Source: Hemiscyllium ocellatum (Eukaryota). Taken from it: DNA of 64,000 nt. Made by a program: the position numbers and the translations under genes. Position 1 is the first letter of the stretch. Each line of letters starts with the position of its first letter. This document shows positions 60,116-64,000 of this stretch, in pieces. Under the pieces are notes generated by a model. The model did no database searches, was not told the origin of the DNA, and was given only the letters and a program-made list of their open reading frames with translations. The stretch spans positions 19,550,341 to 19,614,340 of the forward strand of contig NC_083409.1 in NCBI RefSeq assembly GCF_020745735.1, in the 5' to 3' direction.

Positions 60116-60123
60116 TTTATAAA
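60116..60123 (-). promoter_or_regulatory. TATA box of the V promoter
   Basis: TTTATAAA about 60 nt upstream of the ATG. Confidence 0.7.
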
Positions 60124-60161
60124 GCTGCAGCCTGTGAGAGTCTGACTGGGTGTTCCTCAGT

Positions 60162-60169
60162 ATGTAAAT
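60162..60169 (-). promoter_or_regulatory. Variant light-chain octamer ATTTACAT
   Basis: One mismatch to ATTTGCAT, in light-chain orientation, about 40 nt upstream of the TATA box. Confidence 0.6.
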
Positions 60170-60198
60170 GGCATCAGGCAGAGAGAGCCACGTCCTCA

Positions 60199-60210
60199 CA
60201 CTTCCTCTTC
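60199..60210 (-). promoter_or_regulatory. PU.1/Spi-B-type PU box GAAGAGGAAGTG
   Basis: Near-consensus Ets/PU motif 30 nt upstream of the octamer. Confidence 0.45.
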
Positions 60211-60269
60211 TCTCTCTTTCTATCTCACTCTCTCTGTCTCAGAGTCATTGATGTGAACAGCAGTGAATG

Positions 60270-61015
60270 AGGCCATTTGGCCCATTGTGTCTGTGCTGGT
60301 AAACAAAGATCTGATGACACTAATCCCATCCTCCAGCTCTTGGCCCGTTACCCTGGGAGCTACAGCAACACAAGGGAATATCTAAACACTGCTCCAATGT
60401 CACGAGAGTTTCTGACTCAACCAGCCTTTCAGGCAGTGAGTTCCAGACTCCCACCACCCTCTGGGTGAAAACATTTCTTCTCAACTCTCCTCTCACTCTC
60501 CAACTCGCCTGGCCATGGACTCACTCGTGTTCAGAACGATGAGAGGGGATCTGATTGAAACATATAAAATTGTAACAGGGCTGGGCAGGGAGGAGGTTTC
60601 CCCTGGTTGGGGAGTCTGGAACCAGGGGACACAGGCTCAGGGGGATATAGGGTAGACCATTTCGGACTGAGATGAGGAAACATTTCTTCACTCAGAGAGT
60701 GGTCAACCTGTGGAATTCGCTACCACTGAAGGCTGTGGAGGACAAGGAACTGAATATATTCAAGAAAAAGAGAGATAATTGTTTTGCATTTTAACAGCTT
60801 GAAGAGAATGGGGAGAAGGCAGGAATATGGCTTTGAGAGAGAGGATCAGCCATAGATCATAGAATGCCTACAGTGTGGAAACAGGCCATTTGGCCCGACA
60901 AGTCCACACTGACCCTCGAAGAAATGATGACATTCAAAAATTGATACAGCCATGATCATACTGAATGACAGAGCAGACTCAAAGGGCCAAATGGCCTACT
61001 GCTGCTCCAAGTTTC
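60270..61015. mobile_element. CR1 3' fragments in both orientations
   Basis: GDLIETYKI-like motif and typical CR1 tails. Confidence 0.65.
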
Positions 61016-61339
61016 TACGTGTCCGTGTCTGTGTTACCTTCGATCTCTGTACCAGATTATGAAGTCCTTTACTCATGTCAAATGTGCCATCCTACCCAAC
61101 CTGTCACTGTCCTGAATAATCCTATCCCTCTCTATCAGGTCCCTTTTAAGCCTTCACTGCTCAAAGCTCACATTCAGGCAGCATCCTGGGAAATCTCCCT
61201 GTACCCTCTCAGGTACAATCACATTCTTCCCAGAGTGTGGTGACCAGGACCTGTCCCTCTCTCTCTTTCTCTGATTCACATCTGCCATTTCTTTCTCTCT
61301 ACCTCTATCTCTCTCTCCCAATGTTAATCTCTTTCATGT

Positions 61340-61340
<1 letters not shown>

Positions 61341-61384
<44 letters not shown>
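61341..61384. repeat. (CT)n(CA)n compound microsatellite
   Basis: Seen directly in the sequence. Confidence 0.9.
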
Positions 61385-62259
61385 ATTTTTCCCTCCATCT
61401 CTCTCTCTGCCTCACTGCTCTCTCTTTCTGACAGTGTCCTGGGTGGTGACAGTTGAATGCAGGATAAATCTCCCTCTGCTCTGTCCCACTAATGGATGTT
61501 AACACTTGACCCCTGTCTTCTCCTGGAGGAAGGCCCTATTTCCACGTTGACCAGGGTTTGGCCTCTCTCAGGAAGATGGACAGATTCTGGTCAAATGAAG
61601 GGCAGTTCTGTGCTGTTCTGTGCTGTTGGCCTATTCTCACTGGGGACTGATTTGGACACAAACCTCATTCTGTGAAGGCCTAGCAGAGAGAGGAGATCCT
61701 CAGATCATCAGCGTGAGTTGGAGGGACAGGACAGGCTCTGACCCACTGACCCATTCTGTCCATTCACAACATATTCCAATCCCTTCCCCTCTCCTTCCCC
61801 TCTCCTTCCCCTTCCACAGTCAGTCTTGTCTGAAATGGAGTGGTCCCTTCCCTGTCTCACACCAAGGAGGAGATGAACAGATATTTAATGGGTAATGGGT
61901 TAAAGGATGATGGAGAGTGGGCAGGAAAGTGGAGTTGAGTCTGAGATGGGATCAGCCATGATTGTATTAAATGGTGGAGTGGGCTCGAGGGGCTGAAATG
62001 CCTGCTCCTGCTCCTAGTTCTTATGGTCCTCCACCCTCTCCCCCATCCCTCTTACTGCAACTTTGTGAACATTCTTGGAATGTTTGGACATTGAAGGCGC
62101 TATGTGAATTCAAGATTGGTGTGGATTCAATGTGGGGACAGAATTGTGCACGGGCTGTGATAGCTCCTGCGGTTGAATATCCTGCTGGCAGGCTTCCGCC
62201 TTCCATATACAGAATGGGGAAGTGGGGGAGGTCGGAATGTACTGCCGGGGTACACGGCG

Positions 62260-64000
62260 CTGTCCTCTAGCAATGTGGTTGACTCTCTAGTGCCCTCTGA
62301 AATGGCCGAGCAAGGCTCTCAGTTGTGTCAATTATGACAATGTTTCAACAAAGAAATGAGACCGGACGGGCCACAGGCATCGATCTAGACACCGAAAAGA
62401 CAATGACAGAAACAGCCCTGTCTACCCTGTTCCATCCTCCTTACTGACATCTGGGAGCTAGTGCCAAATTCAGGAGAGCTGTCTTACAGATGACTCAAGC
62501 AACAGCCTGACACAGTCATACTCACAGAACCATACATTACAGACAATGCCCCAGACACCACCATCACTGTCCCTGCATGTGTCCTGTCCCACTAGAAAGG
62601 AAGACCCAACAGAGCTGATGACACAGTGGTCTACAGTCAGGAGGGAGTTGCCCTGGGAAGTCTCAAAGTTGGCTCTGGACCCTGTGAAGACTCATGAAAC
62701 TAAGTTAAAAATGGGCGAGGAAACCTCCTGGTGATTACAAGATATCTTGCTCCCTTGGCTGATGAATCAGTCTCTCCTGGATGTTGAACAACATTTGGAG
62801 GAAGCACTGAGGGTGATGACAGCAGAGAGTGTACTCTGGGTGGGGGGTTTCAATGTCCACCACTGAGAGTGGCTCGGCAGCAGCATTACTGATCGAGCTG
62901 GTTGGTTCCTCATGGATGTAGCTGAGGGACTGGCTCTGCAGCTGGAACCAAAAAGATGGAAAAAGATGCTTGACCCCATCCTCACCAATCTTGTGGCTGT
63001 AGATGCATCTATCCTTGACAGTATTGGTAAGAGTGACCATCAACACAGTCCTTGTGGAAACAAAGTCTGACCTTCACATTGAGAATCCCCTCCATTGTGT
63101 TGTGTGGTACTACCACCGTACTAAATAGGACAGACTCCGAACAAATATTGCAACTCAAGGCAAACTCGTAAATGAGGATGATTGCCAAAGATTGCACAAT
63201 GTTCAGCACTATTCTCAACTCCTCAGATACTGAAGCAGTCCACGTGCAAATGCAACAATATCTAGACAATATCCAGGTTTTGTCTGAGAAGTGACATTTC
63301 CCATTGGTGCCATGCAAATGCCAGCCAATCACCATCACCAATAAGAGACAATCTTAACATCGCCCCTTGACAATCAATGCTATTACCATCACTGAATCCC
63401 TACTATCAACATTCTTGAGGTGCCATTGACCAGAAACACAACTGGATTCACCAAAGAAACACAGTGGTTACAAGAGCAAGTTAGAGGCTAGGAATACTGC
63501 ATCGAATAACTCCCCTCCTGATCCCCGCAAAGCCTGTCAACCAAGTCAGGAGTGTGAGCAAATACTCCCCACTTGCCTGGACAGGTGCAGCTGCAACAAC
63601 ATTCATAGATTGATAGTGTCACAGAGTCATACAGCACAGAAACAAACCCTTCAGCCAAACTTCTACATGCTGACCAGGTTTTCTGAAGTGAACTCATCTT
63701 ATTTGCCTGCATTTCACACATATCCCTTGAAACCTTTCCTATCTATGTCTATTGTATCCTATGTCTTTCTTATCGACTCAAAAAGCTTGATACCATCCAG
63801 AGCAAAGCAAACTCCTTGATTGTCATCACATTCTCAAAGTTTTCAAACTCACCGTCACTAATGCTCCATAGCAGCAGTGTGTATTATCGATAAGAAGCAC
63901 TGCAGAAATTCATCACTGATCTTCAGATAGCACCTTCCAAACCCATGGACAAAAATAGAAAGTGCTGAAAAAGCTCAGCAGGTCAGGCAGCATCTGTGAA
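62260..64000 (+). mobile_element. Decayed CR1-like LINE (5' region and endonuclease), ending in a Penelope-type short repeat
   Basis: Endonuclease-like pieces (QQPDTVILTEPY, LWVGGFNVH). Related to 23390-24930 and 34440-34560. Confidence 0.6.

Overview
Repeat-rich vertebrate genomic DNA, almost certainly from a shark. The evidence is an NS4-type light chain, HE1/V-SINEs, and CR1, Tx1/L1 and Penelope elements; an orectolobiform (bamboo or nurse shark group) origin is likely but is inference. Right half: one apparently intact, unrearranged immunoglobulin kappa (NS4/type III) light-chain cluster on the minus strand. It has promoter, leader, V with 12-RSS, a single J with 23-RSS about 0.5 kb away, an 11.7-kb TE-filled intron and C. 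About 12 kb downstream lies an inverted, truncated second C-kappa 3' piece. Left third: eight minus-strand exons of a decayed CEP350 copy with a nonsense codon, a frameshift, dead splice sites and one exon out of order. Middle: Tx1/L1 elements, including one flanked by a ~100-110 bp direct repeat and an ORF1-only derivative. One Tx1 ORF1 is interrupted by an unspliced tRNA-Leu fused to a full-length SINE. Penelope-derived palindromes carry minimal hammerhead ribozyme cores, and there is a retroviral RT relic. Family and gene names come from recalled sequences, not database searches, and repeat boundaries are approximate.
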